Source of the DNA: Camelus ferus
Lineage: Eukaryota
Assembly: GCF_009834535.1 (NCBI RefSeq)
Contig: NC_045697.1
Span: 92,692,001 to 92,756,000 of the forward strand
Direction of reading: 5' to 3'
DNA length: 64,000 nucleotides
Under the pieces are notes generated by a model. It was not told the origin of the DNA. It ran no database searches and worked only from the letters and a program-made list of their open reading frames with translations. Position numbers and translations under genes: made by a program. This document shows, in pieces, positions 27,041-40,335 of this stretch (position 1 is the first letter of the stretch; every line of letters begins with the position of its first letter).

Positions 27041-30000
27041 ACTAATTTCAGATAATATGAAATTAATATCTTTATAAAATTCCCTTTAGCTAGCTATTCA
27101 GATGTTAAATCCCCAATGTTAATTGCTCTTAGGCAATGCCACTTAAAGCTAAATTTATGTGTAAATATGTAGATAGTGAACATATTTAACTTAAATTCAA
27201 ATTATAAAATGTACAATAACAAGAAAAGTTAGTGAAGTACACACTTGAGAACATACAAACTATTCTACTTTGCCCTTTGATTTTCAGATTGGTCACAAAT
27301 TTTAGGAAGAATTTCCTTTTTCTGGATTTTTAAACCTGTGTTTTAAACATCTTCCATAAATCATATTTATGCCCTAAAAATAAAATATTTTAACTCTCAG
27401 ATTTGGCATATATGCTGCACCCCATGCTTAACTATCTCCCAACTCTACCACTTGGACCTGAATACAGCAATATTCCTCATCTCCTCAAACAAAGAGTTTA
27501 AACTAGAAGACTGGCTCTGTAATGCACTTTAATTTTGTGCTTACTCAATGATTTCAAGGCTTCTTTCCATCACTTAATTAAATTCTATACAGCAGCACTA
27601 TCATAGGAGAAGACAACTTACTAGAATGTGTGAATTCTTCATCTCCTGCCTTCCTTGGGACACATTACTCATCTCAAGCTTTCAATAAAATAAGAACCTC
27701 AATACAGTATGAAAAGGAAAGAAGCTGCCTGGGTTAAGCAAAGTCACTAGTCGGTGTCTGTTTTGCTAAATTCCCAAAACTGTTATCCTGACTGGAAGTT
27801 GTTACAATCAAAAGACAGAATGATTTATTTTCAATCCTAACTAGGCATGGAAAGATAACTAACACTCTTACATAAAGCACCGGGATGATCTGACTCCAAC
27901 TCTAAAAATGTTTATTTCTCGGACTATTTCAAATATTCCCAGTGTCCTAGGTTCCTTTTCCTTCTTTGTGCCTCTTTTTTTTTAAATGAGAAAAATTCAT
28001 ATTTATATGCAGAATTATTATGACTTTCCCTACAAAATCGTATAGTTCTTTTTTTAAGCCTGATAATAATATCCAAATTTTGATATCTCTTTAAACATGA
28101 ATTCAATGCCATAAGTTTATTTAATCCTGAAAATTGTTTCTCAAAATAGATTCAGCAAGTTTTTTCCTTCTGATTTCTTAGACATTATCTATAAAACCTG
28201 GTCTCATTTATCTCATTTATTTACTGTTTTGGTAGTAGTTAACTCAGTAACATCACAAAATTATCAAACAGCGAACATGATTTTTTGTGTGTATGTGGAA
28301 AACTTGATGCAGATTAGATAAATGAGTCCACTTTTCTGGTATGTTACAGTTTTATCAAAATACACTTAAAATGTAAAGAAAAAAAGGCAAAAACAAAACC
28401 CATAAAACTAAACAACAAAACATGGGCACAACTTGGGAATAATGTTACCCAATAGATGGCACTGTACTCTTTGTAATACACTACTGAGTGTGCTAAAGAT
28501 AATTTGAAGTGAAAAACTCTTAAGTTTCTCTGTCAAATGACAGATACAAAAATAAGCATTTTCATTTTTTGAAACCAGAAAGTAGTCTTGAGGAAACACA
28601 AAACAATGAGCTATTTCTAGTAAATCTTTATTCTGTTCTATTTAAGGCAATTATGAATGTAATCCATAGAATCAGAGTTATAAGTAATCAGCTTTCAAAT
28701 ATATAGTTTGATAAAAAGGACCACAATTCTTATATCAAAGAAGGTATTCCTATTTCTGAAAAGCACAATGGAAAAATCTATATGTCATTAAATTGAACAC
28801 AAACATTAGAAGCATTATGTTTATTACACATTAGACAATTAAAGAAAATGTGTAAATAGGAGAATATCTGAAAAAACACAAAATGTTTTTTGTTTTCATT
28901 ATATTTGTTATTTGGAAACTAGAGTTTGGTGGTTTATTTCCTTGCAACAGACATACATAGTGTTTGAATTATATGTTTGAGCCACATGATGTTATTAGGT
29001 ACTTCAACAAAAAAATACACTACTTGAATAAAAAAAAAATCTTCAGGCTTCATAATTATTGACTTGAATATATAAATGTGAATTGAAATTTCTGTATCAT
29101 GTTTAGACATAATTTAAAACTTAAACTGATAATAGAAAATATTAAGATTGAATTTACATTTGATCCATTTTCTAAAGTATAATTGAATGATACATGTGTA
29201 TTATTTGGAGGTAGAGATATTTTTTAACTTATTAAAACAAACCAAAGAAGGAATGACTGTTATAATTCTAACAGACTTTATTTTTCTCCTCCCTACCCCA
29301 GACCTCAGCATTCAGATGTCTTTATAAATCTGTGACTTTTTGCCACTTCCCATAATTTTCTAGATAAGCACTAGGCTGCAATCAAATTTCTTTTAATCTC
29401 ATTGCAAAGGTCTATGATAATTACTCAAAATTACTAAGGACTACTAGTAACACTTTGTTTTCAACTCGAAACACTAGCAATACAACTTCACTCTCCTTGT
29501 TGTCTACTGTCACATTTAAATAAAGACCACTAAAATTTATCAACAATGTTGAATTCACTACATTTGCCCAAACACAGAAGAATTACTACTATCACATTTC
29601 CTCAAGAATTCTCAAAACAAGGAATTTCATTAAACATATGTACAGAGTTTGGAGGTCTTAGCTTGAGGGCTTTAGAGCAGATGTATACATGCAGGTAACT
29701 GATTAGGACTAAACAAATTTCCTGATACGGTGTGTAGGATCAGTGGGCCCAGGAGGGTGAGTCTCCTGAAAGTAATTATGGTGAAAAAATTTTTGTTCTG
29801 AGAAGTGAGCGGTTTGTCCAGCTGAGCAAACTGTTGACAAGAATAAAAAGTGACTTGGCCAAGTGAACACATTATTTGCCCACAAAGTTGGTTTATCAGA
29901 ATTTTCAAAAGCAAACAGTGAAGGTATTTCCTGGTTTACAGTCTGAGCTTCCTGGTTAAGAATTCTGGAAACAAGCCATTAAGGGATGTCAGGTCAGTAT

Positions 30001-31759
30001 GGTTCACCTCAGGTCTTACTCCCATCAGTTGAGTTTAAGTAGATCATCTCAGTTTTCTGTCACACTCACATTCATTCTCCATTCATTCTACACTGAAAAA
30101 TCAGCCATTATTTTCTGGGTCTGTGTTAGATCCACATCTGCACTACTGTTTGAAGTGTCAGACTTTGTATCCAGGTTCCCATCATGGCTGTTTGAATATC
30201 TTCAGACACCAAATATTCTATCTTTTTTTTGTTGTTGGATTATTATTTCTTTTTTTTTTTTTTTGTCTGTGTCTGCACAACAATATTTAAGACTTAATGC
30301 CTGAAGTGTATATCTAAGTTAGTTATCCCAGTTTCTAAGTATCCAAACAACTAGAGGAAATGTTCCCTGATTTAGTCCAGTCTGTAATTTCATATTTTTA
30401 CTTAAGCTTTTAGTAACAGTGAAGGTGAAAAGTGATCTGTTGGAATATAGTTACCACATTCTTGGCAAATGACCTCAAAGTACTACTTTGGGAAACTGAG
30501 TTAGTATCAGTGTTTATATATTTACTACATTGTGTACAATTCTGGTGGTTGAATTAATGTGCTTGCTATAATTGTCTTATTTTTACTATGCAGTGGCAGA
30601 ATGTAATTATTGTGTCTTTCTGAGCTCTCCTTTGCAGATTGCTGTGCTCTGAATTCTTTCTTGTCTTGTATAGGTTTTATAAAATTTTAAGCAATGCCTC
30701 TCTCTGGCTGAAACTAGGCTTAACACCAAACATAACTGACTTGCCCTGCATTCAAGCAAGTTTAATTTTAAGAGGCCATTGGATTTTGGAGGTTTCTGAT
30801 TGACCAGAGAGAAAATGGAGAGGTACAAAAGGAGGGCTATGAAAGGGAGATAATGGGAGATCATTGAATGGGAAGAAGAATAGTGGAATGAAAGCAGGTT
30901 CAATGTGTGGTTTGAAGGTATCTTAAAGAAAGAGATTTTAAAGGGTTTTTTGTTTGTTTGTTTGTTTGTTTTAAAGAAGCAGTTTTATAATCTGAATTTC
31001 TCTTGGAAGCTTCCTCATAACAAAAATAAAGTAAATCATTGGATCTAGTTACTGATTCTTTTTTCCCTTGCATGACACCTCTGAAACAATTTCATTTGTA
31101 TCAAAAGTTCACTAATGTGACTAGTGTGACTTCTATAATTCCAAATTATGTTTAGTGATATCAGTCTGCTTTAAAAAAAAACACACATAATATAAATTTA
31201 TGGAAACCTAAGTCCAGGCCAGAGGTGGCAAGGGTTGGCCTGAAATGTATCTGGCAGTGGTTGGTCATACATGCTGTTTGTTTACTTTGTGTTTTGGGTC
31301 CAAACTAATGATTGGCTATCTATAATTACAGTTCCCTCAAATTTTAAATTTCCAGTAGACAGGATATTTAGACAAATTTCTCCTAGAATCAGAGTTTCAC
31401 AAACAAAGCAAGATAAAAGCTTGGAAAATTTTCCTACAGTTTGAAGTGACCCAAGTGCAGAATTTTCACTATAAGGATGCCAGTGCGAAAAGCCTTTTAG
31501 AACTTGTCATCATTGGGGCCAGCCTAAGAGATGTTTGGACCAAATGCTCACTTATAATTCTGCCCTAATAGACTCAAAGCACAAAGTGATTGAGTGTCAG
31601 AAAGAAAAATAGTAATAGGTCACTCATAACATAGCAATATCTACTAACCATAAGACTTTTCAAATGTTACTGAATAATCAGTAGACACACAAGAGTCCTC
31701 ATTTCTATATTCATAGCTCAGCAAAAAGGAAACAGAGTATAGATCAAACATGAGACCTA

Positions 31760-31900
31760 ATGACTGTGGTCATTGGAGAGATCTGCCATGTAATGATGGA
31801 GGCAGTGATTGGAACAATTTGTCTGTGGGCCAAAGAATACCAGTGATTGATGGTAGTCACCAGAGCTAGGAAGACACAAGGAAGGGCCTTCCACATAGTG
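31760..31900 (+). mobile_element. MLT1C/D-type LTR fragment
   Basis: gccatgtaatgatggaggcagtgattgga...gccaaagaataccag...caccagagctaggaag. Confidence 0.65.
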
Positions 31901-32909
31901 ACATTTTCCCACTTCTTAAGAAGTAACAATGATGCTATTGACTGAACTTACTACCGTGCTTCCTTAAAAGGGACATCTGTTGGCAGCGATTCAGGAGGCT
32001 AAATTCTTCTGAATTGAGTTCTTGCTACTTTGCTTACAGACAAGTATAAAATCAAGGAAGGCCCTGGGTAATAATGAAAACACATAAGAGGTTGTCTTTA
32101 TTACATCAAGGTTTCAATTCTTTCTAATCTCTCCCCACAGGTAATCTAGTTTGTTTTACTTGTTTACCCTTCAGTTTACATCACTTAATTTGGCTACCAA
32201 TATGTTTGTATTTTTAAATCTTCCAAATTTTGAGACAAAAATATTTGATGCCTTGTTAATTACTGTAATTCACAGTTGGTGACAATTTTTAAGGATAATT
32301 AGGCTTGTATTTGACACAAAACGTATTTCCTTTGTGCATTCCCAGAAGTAATCTGGTTTTTCCTTTTTTTAAAATTTTATTTTAATGAGTCAAAAAGAAA
32401 CATGAGATGCACTCTTATTCCTTGTTTTGTTCTTAATCCTGTTTAATCCTCTTTGGCCCTCTTTAAACCTGGGAATTCCAGGACTCATTTTCACATTACC
32501 TTTCTAACACTTATGTGATTCCGTTTTCTTTCTCCTAAAAAAATCTATTCTCACCACTTCCTAATGGGCAAGCAGTCTACCACTTGGAGATCTGTGACTT
32601 AATGCTTCATATATTTTTTAGGATTGAAGTCCAGGGGCAGTAAATAGAGGAATAAAGTGACAGATGGTCAGTTACTAGGGAAGTGGAACGGTGGCAGAAG
32701 AGTGTTGCAGGCTGGCAGGCAAAGAAAGAAACCGGGAGAATGTAAATATTGCCAGGCATTAGAGGGTTTCCTTCTACTGTGAACAAAGTATACTTTGAGA
32801 CCAGGAAGCTGACATCTCTCAGTCCTGACTCTGTGCTTTCTGGCTGCAAATTAGTCATATATTTTAAGTAACAATGGCAAAAGGTGGGTAGAAGAAGAAA
32901 ACTTAAATC

Positions 32910-33611
32910 TGTGCCAGAAAGCTTGATGTCTTTGTAATTAGGTTGGAGGAGGTAGGTATGTAGAAGGGATGGGGTAAAAGTACATTGCTGGACAGAGTCA
33001 CAGACCCATGTCGCAGAGCACTCGATCTTGTGCTTGTCTTCATCAAACCTGTTTATGGTCAGTATTGGAGAACCCCACGTATCCTGTACTTCAACTTGTA
33101 GATGATCCCTAACAAACCTACACCTTCTGTATGACTGTTAGCCTAACTGATGCTCGCTTGAGCCCTTTCAGCTCCTCCTGTCCTTCCACTGACCCTACCT
33201 TGGGCTGTAATGTGGAGCAAATCTCTTCTCTGTCTTTAAGGGCTTTGTAGTTAATAGATGTTTAATGATCATTTGGTCCAGGTAGCCTCTATGCTCTGGT
33301 AGTCTCTAGACAATGAAGAAGACCTTCACTGATGACCTTCCTGGCATGCGTAAGACTAGTTACCCATTCATAAATCTTGACTTAGGAATATTCTTCCTGT
33401 TTCTGATCACATACCCCTATACTCTAAGTTAGCTGTACATTTGTCCCAATGGCCCCTCAGCCAGGCAGAGCGCAACTGCGAATGCCCTGTGAGCAAGTTA
33501 CCCTATAATAAATTGATCCATTGATTATATGGAGTTGCCTGCCTCTTTTTTTGATCTCAAGATACCTTCTCAGTTCAGTGGACACTTTTCATTCTCTCCT
33601 TCCTCCCAGCA
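32910..33611 (+). mobile_element. ERVL-class solo LTR (MER74/MER76/LTR53-like)
   Basis: TG...CA bounded, about 700 bp and GC-richer; aataaa near 33507 followed by ggagttgcctgcctc...accttctcagtt, as in this LTR group. Subfamily uncertain. Confidence 0.6.
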
Positions 33612-34979
33612 CCTTTACTTTGGGCAATCCTAGCCTCAATCAGACTATTTCTATGCAAACAAAACCCAAAGACTACTATTTTTTATGTGAGAGCATAAAA
33701 AAGATGATGATTTTGCTGAGAACTAACAGTGTGAGAAGAAAAGCCTGTATATAAGATTTCATTTTTATAAAATTTTTTCCATCATTCATTATGATACACT
33801 TACTGTGTGTCTCATAATTCACAGTGTTAATTGTTAGATTAATTTAGTGGAATATTTAATTAAAATATGAAAATTATGCATGTCAAAATTATACTCAATA
33901 AGAAAGCCAATATTTATATTTTATCTTATAGTTGTTAATGTATATTTTCAAAAACATTGCCCTTAAGAAAGGGTTCTGTTAATTACATATGAAAATTAGT
34001 TTCTGTACATCAGTGTTTCTTCAGATTACATAATATGTTAGAAAAATTGTTTTTACCATAGTAATATTGTTTTACTTAAAACTGTAAAAGAAAACAAAGA
34101 GAAATCATTGTTGTTCTACTTATAATTAATGATTGAGAGCACTGTAAAGGACTTTGGTTTTGTGAGTGGAAAGGCGCAGTATTAAAAATATTACTTTAAA
34201 GATAATATCTAAAATGTTAACTGTCGCCAAACTAATTCTTACTTTTCCAGAGCAGATTTAAAGTGGTGAACATTTTAATTCTAATATTTAGTGCATATTC
34301 TTCAAAGCAGATGATAGGTGTAAGTATTTCACTTAAAACCAAACAGAACATTATTTTTAGCTGTCTGAAATGCTGCTTGTGCCTATTCACAAAGCAACCT
34401 ATATAATCAACTTCAGAACTTAATAATATTGTTCAAGTGAATAGGAATATACGAAGCAAGACTAAAGAAAGCCAAGTGAATGTAATAGTGCACTTCGTTT
34501 TTGCAGTTGGACAGGTAATTATTATTTCTCAGGATGCCATAGTCCAGCAATTAAAAATTTTAAAATTAATTTTAGAAATCTTAATTAAAACAAATTAATG
34601 GTTCTGTTATAAAGAATTGCCAAAATACTTTGTAGAATGATTGTGGTGTATTATCTGAGTTTTGCATTAAAAGTTAAGATAACTTTTCTCCGTGATTTAG
34701 CTGAATTTGTGATAGCTTAGAAAAGTATTAATATATAATTTGAAAATACTTTGAACATATTTTACATTAGTGTAGTATTTATGTTTTCAAATATCCACAG
34801 TATCTACTTTGGAACATGCATAAAATACCATATGTAAGCCAATACATATTATAGAGATATTAATATAATGTAATAAAGTATTGATCTGTCATAATGTATT
34901 CTTTATTAACTTGTATTTTTATTCAAAAACAATGTAGTGATTTTACTGCTAAAATACCTCATATGACAAGATGCTAAAC

Positions 34980-35358
34980 ATATTTCATTGAAGTAAAATT
35001 TACATACAGTGAAATGAACAAATCTTAAGCGCATTAGGCAATTAGTATTTCAGAATGTGTGGAATTGTAAATCAAACACACCTATCAAGAAATAGAAAAC
35101 TTCTATTATCCTAGAAGCTTCCTTATAGCCCTCCTAGTGAAAATCTCACTCAGGAAATTCTCATATTCTCCTTTCTTTCAACATTGGTTAGTTTTATTTA
35201 TTCTATAAATTGCTATAAATGTAATAATACAGTTTCTTCGCTTCCTAAAATTTTACTTCTTTCTTTCAGCATTATGTTTTCCAGATTTATTTCTGTTGTT
35301 ATATCAATATTTTATTCTCATGTATGCTAAATAGCATTCTTTCATATGAATTTGCCAT

Positions 35359-35397
<39 letters not shown>

Positions 35398-35930
35398 TTA
35401 TTTATGTATTTATTATATTCACCAGTTGATGGACGTTTTAATTGTTGTAGTTTGTCTATTATGAATAAACCTACTGTGTACATACATGCAGAATTCTTTT
35501 TTAGAAAATAAACACATTTCACTATTGATCAAGTTGAGTATTCCATGTGCATTTCATTTTAATGGTGACTGTTCCATGTGCAATTAAGATTAATATATAT
35601 TCTGCAGTTGTTGGTTTTATTGTTCTTTACATATTGCTAGGTTAGGTTGGTTGATAATTGCCTAAATGTTCTGTATCTCTTCTACATTTTTCTTTGATAG
35701 TTCTGTCAAGTACACAGAGAAGGACATTGGGTTGTTTATTGGATATCTTTCTTTTTCTTAATATGGTTATTTATCAAACTAAACTTTCCTCTTAGAACTG
35801 TGTTTGCAGCATCCCATGGGTATTGATATGCTGTGCTTCCATTTTCATTTTTTAAAGACATTTTTTATTTTCCTTTTGACTTCTTTTTTGACCCATTGGT
35901 TATTCAGGAGTATGTTGTTTAATTTCTACA
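34980..35930 (-). mobile_element. Old L1 3' end plus ORF2 fragments (L1MB/ME-type)
   Basis: attgaagtaaaatttacatacagtgaaatg...tcaccagttgatggac...ttttgacccattggttattcaggagtatgttgtttaattt. Confidence 0.8.
35357..35412. repeat. (ATTT)n microsatellite
   Basis: Directly visible. Confidence 0.95.
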
Positions 35931-38275
35931 AGCTCACAACTTTTGACTACTCAAGTACAGGCAAGGCTTTTTAATTGCCTACATAACTAAGGAAAATGGA
36001 AGACTTTCTCCCTCAGTATTAATATTTAATTTATATTGGTCCACTGTAATGTTAAAATCAACAATAATTTTTATGGTATATATATTTTTTAATTTTTCAT
36101 GTTATGGCTATTTTCATAACAATATACATTTCATATAAATTTTAGGATCAAATTTGTAATTCTGTCATATTTAGAGTATTATTTTTGTTTTAAAACCCAC
36201 TGAAAAAAGAAAACTTACATTTCTTTTTATCATATGTGTGTAAAATAATTACTCTAGTGTAGTCATTACTCAAATATAATTTAGTAGGTGTTTAATGTAT
36301 GCTTGTTCTTATTTTTCACCTATGTGGAATACCTTTGAAGTATGTATTGTGGATCTCTAACATTAGTATGTGTATAATTTTATCACCACTGGAATTTACT
36401 ATCTTGCTGTAAGTAGCCATTAATTTAACATTCTCTTGATTTCAGGGGAACAGAAAAGAAATGAAGAATCCATTTTTCACAAGTAAGCATAGAAGGATTC
36501 TTGAAACAGGAATGAGTTCATTAGCAGCAATCCAGTTGAGAAAGATGAATCATATAACAGTGACTAACAAAAAGCTCCTTGAAAGGGTTAGAATACTGAC
36601 TAGAAAAGAAGGGTACTCTAGTGGATGTCATTAACTTAGTTTATCTTTAAGTTGCACAAATGATATATGTAAGCTCAAAAGATTTTAATACTCAAGGTCA
36701 CGTGTAACTAGTATTTTTTTAATAAAATCAAGTGTTCTATGATACTTCTCTAATAGTGGATATGCATATATTTTTAGATTGATAAAACTAGCTTTAAAAA
36801 ACAGAAATTATGTCAGATTTTTATTGTTTTTTGCAATGTGAAGTTGACGTAGTAATGATTCCTAAAATGTGCAAGATATATTTTTTCTCTAAACTTCTGT
36901 CCTTCACATGTTCTTTTGTGGGTATTATTAGAGCAAACTTACACTGGCCTCCTATATTATCTGATTATTCTGTTATCCTTTTACTTCAAATTCACACATT
37001 TCTCTCTTGACCCTGCTTTTATTTCATTAAACTTCTTTGAGTTCCCAATACCCTGTAATATTGTGGTGTGGTCACTGAAGTGTATTAGAACATAATAACA
37101 TTCTCTGATGAAAAAAATGTATATTGTATTTTAATTCTAAAAATGTTTTAAAAATAACTTTCTTCCTTTATAAGTTCACTGTAATTTTCTTTTTTATAGA
37201 AATCTTAAAGTGAGAAAAGGTCAATTATATAATGCATATAATGAGGGAATTAAAATAGACAATGAAGAAAGTGATTTCCCGGGGAGAATCAGTTTCTGTG
37301 TTTCCTGCTCTTTAATTTTAATGTGTGACTCCTGAGGATTCTTGATTCAGACACTTTGCTTAGACTCAGCCACATACCTGAGGTGCAGGCCACCAAGAGG
37401 ATTGATAATCTCTATTTTTGCATAAACACTGAAGCACACTTCCTCTAGCCCACTTCCTCTTCCCCTCTAGCTGGGGAATCATTCCTATTCCTGCCTTCCG
37501 TCTGTCTTTCCCAGCGTGAATTCCCTCTTGTTTTGAAGGAAAATTTCAATCTTCACCTCCAGTTCCTACAGATCTGTGTGTCAGGCTAAAATGTGGTCTC
37601 CAAGATGTCCAAAGTTTGGTTACCAGGGCAAGTGTGGACCATGCCTGAATAACAATCAGAGATCCAAGCAGAGAGAAGCAGAATAATGAAGCTAAGAGTT
37701 CTTGGAAAGAAAAGGGAAGTATTGATTGAGAAAAAAGGGAGGTACAGAGACTGAGGGAAAAAAGGAAGCAGAATTAGTTTTCATCAGGGTATGTGAAGGT
37801 TCAATTCACATACTACTTTTTTTTGTTTGTTTCTCCCAGTCATAATTAAAATTTCCTTTCTCTATGCTTACATAGCAACTTCTTCATATCTTTCCTGTAG
37901 CATTTACAAAATAATCTCCCTTAAGTTACCCATATTTTGTATGTATGTGCTATCTCCCTCCCTCAATTATAACTGCTTGGTGGTATGTATATGTTTCTGT
38001 GTTGTGAAACCCTCAAATATTCTAGGACACTATTTATTCATTGATTTGCATTGACCTATTTTGACTAGGGAAGACACATGCATATATTTTCTGCATCTTC
38101 TTCTAAATTTGCTATTATTAACAAGACAAATTATGGATAAAAGCTTGTAATTAGTGACACATAAAACAAAATACAATTCAGGGAACAGAAGGAAGAATGA
38201 AATATGAGATAAAAGAAGATTAAGCAACTTGACAAGTAATTAAGTCATTTAGGGGAAGACATTGTCATGTCAAGC

Positions 38276-38950
38276 ACTATAGACTGAATTGTATCTCCTC
38301 CCTCATTTATATGTTGAGGCCCTAACCACCCATGTGCTGGTATTTGAAGATGGAGCCCTTGGAATATAATTACATTTGGATGAAGCCATGAGTTTGGGAC
38401 CCCCATGATGATATTAGTACCCTTATGAGATACATCAGAGAGCTTGAATTGGTTCTTTTTCTCTCTCCCCCGTGTGAGGACATAGTGAATAGGCAGCCTC
38501 TGAAAGTAGAAAAGAGATCTCATTAGAACCCAATCATACTGGCACCCTGATCTCAGACTTCCAGCCTCCAGAACTGTGAGACAATAAATCTCTGTGTTTA
38601 AGCCACCCAGTGTGAGATATTTGTTATGCAGCCTGAGAAAACTGAGACAAATTTTTGGTGCCAAGAGTGGAGTACTATCATAACAAATATCTAGACATGT
38701 GGAAGTGGCTTTGAGACTGGATTGTGGGTAGAGACTGGGACAGTATTGAGGTATGTGCCAGAAATATGGATGTGAAGGATGATTGTGATGAGATATCAGA
38801 CAGAAGAGAGGAACATGTTGAAAACTGAAGGAAAGACAATACTTGTTATGAGGGGCAAAGAACTTGGCTGAACTGTATTGCAGTGTTGTGGGGGGAAAAG
38901 TTTGTGATTGATGACATTGGATATTTAGCTGATGAGATTTCTAAAGCAAA
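38276..38950 (+). mobile_element. MLT1A 5' LTR (about 38276-38649) plus the start of the MLT1A internal region
   Basis: LTR ends gcagcctgagaaaactgagaca, followed directly by aatttttggtgccaagagtgg...atgtggaagtggctttgagactgg...ggcaaagaacttggctgaactg, the typical MaLR-int start. Confidence 0.88.
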
Positions 38951-40335
38951 CTGTACAACATTTGGACATGGTTTTCTCCAGCATGAGTTTATTGTTGTGG
39001 GCTTGATGGCTTTGATGGCTTTTTCTATAACAACGATGTCATCTTCAATGGTGTAATCCTTTTCAACTTTCTTGATGTTCTTTCCATGGCAGTTCTCTTC
39101 CAAAGTGTTGAAAATCTTTTCCATGAAGTACTGAGCGTAATGAGCATTAAAGGTCCTTATGACTCCCTCATCTAGAAGCTGATTTAGAGACATTGTGTTT
39201 GGAGGCAAGTAGACCACTTCAATGCCTTTTGATGTTGAACCCAGGTGGTTCTGGGTGGCCAGGGACATTGTCCAATATGAAAAGAACTTTAAAAGGCAGT
39301 CCCTTACTGTTGAGGTACCTCCTGACTTCAGGGACAAAGCATTGATGGAACCTACCTATAAAAAGGTTATCATTTTCCAGGCCTTTTGTTGTAGTACAAC
39401 CGAAAGACTGGAAACTGGTGCTTATCTTTCCCCTTCAAGGCTCAGGGGTTAGCAGATTTATAGATAAGAGCGTTTCTGAGCATAAACCCAACTGCATTTG
39501 CACAAACCAGTAGAATCAGCCTTTCCCTTTCCGCCTTAAATCCTGGTGCTCACTTCTTTGCCTTACTAATGAAAGTCCTTTGTGGGGTTTATTTTTAATG
39601 GTATTCCTAAAGACATCTGGGAACTCATCTGCTACCACTTGGTCGACAAAAGCTGCTTTTCCTGTTACCGTGACATTTTTCAAGCCAAACGTCTTTCTAA
39701 AATTACCAAACTGTCCTTTGCTAGCATTAAATTCTCCAGCTTTAGATCCAGCACCTTTCTTTGGCTTTAAGTTGTCATATAATGACTTTGCTTTTTCTCA
39801 AGTCATATTGGAGTCCACAGGTATACCTTTTTTAAATATTAATCCTGCACCCTCATAAAAGCTGCATTTTCATTATGAAATGAAGAGGTATGTATTTCAC
39901 AAAAAAAGTGCAAGCTTTCCATGCTTGCTGATGCAGCTGCAGCAAGGGCTTCACAAATTTCCCTTTCTCTCCCCCCCAATTGTCCTTATGCTGGATTAAT
40001 TTATTGTGAGATGGTGGGCAACTACAGCTGCAGACCTCAACCTGTGGTACATATAGAGTAATTCAGCTTTGTCCTGTAATGTTGTAACTTGCCTCTGCTT
40101 CTTGGGAGCACTTCCAGTATCACTAGTGGCACTTTGAATGGGTCCCATAGTGTTATTGAAGGTTTCTGTTATTGCTCTGAACACAATGAAAAGTATGCAA
40201 GAACTTGGAGAGATCACGTTTTACTGTTATACACAATTTACTGGAGAGGTGAATTGCTCATGCAAAGATGATTAGTTTCACATGGAGTTTTAATGGATAC
40301 TCACAACATTTGCACTAACTGCAGTAGCAAAACTT
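38951..40335 (-). pseudogene. Tigger2 (pogo-like) DNA transposon with disrupted transposase; ATG at 40148
   Basis: MGPIQSATSDTGSAPKKQRQVTTLQDKAELL (CENP-B-type HTH start) and VYLPPNTMSLNQLLDEGVIRTFNAHY (pogo DDE motif LPPNTT..QPLDQG). Split across frames; no terminal repeats seen. Confidence 0.9.

Noticed and set aside
34490..34520. 8-nt micro-exon pattern ttttgcag|ttggacag|gtaatt
   Set aside because: Not frame-preserving, weak donor, and no host gene evident.
36446..36482. 37-nt exon-like segment (ttgatttcag ... aa|gtaagc)
   Set aside because: Isolated, moderate signals; expected by chance in 64 kb.
38245..38664. 139-aa ORF on the minus strand
   Set aside because: Lies almost wholly antisense within an MLT1A LTR.
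38951..40148. Domesticated TIGD/JRK/CENPB-like gene
   Set aside because: Multiple frameshifts and stops, truncated 3' part, and close resemblance to ordinary Tigger2.
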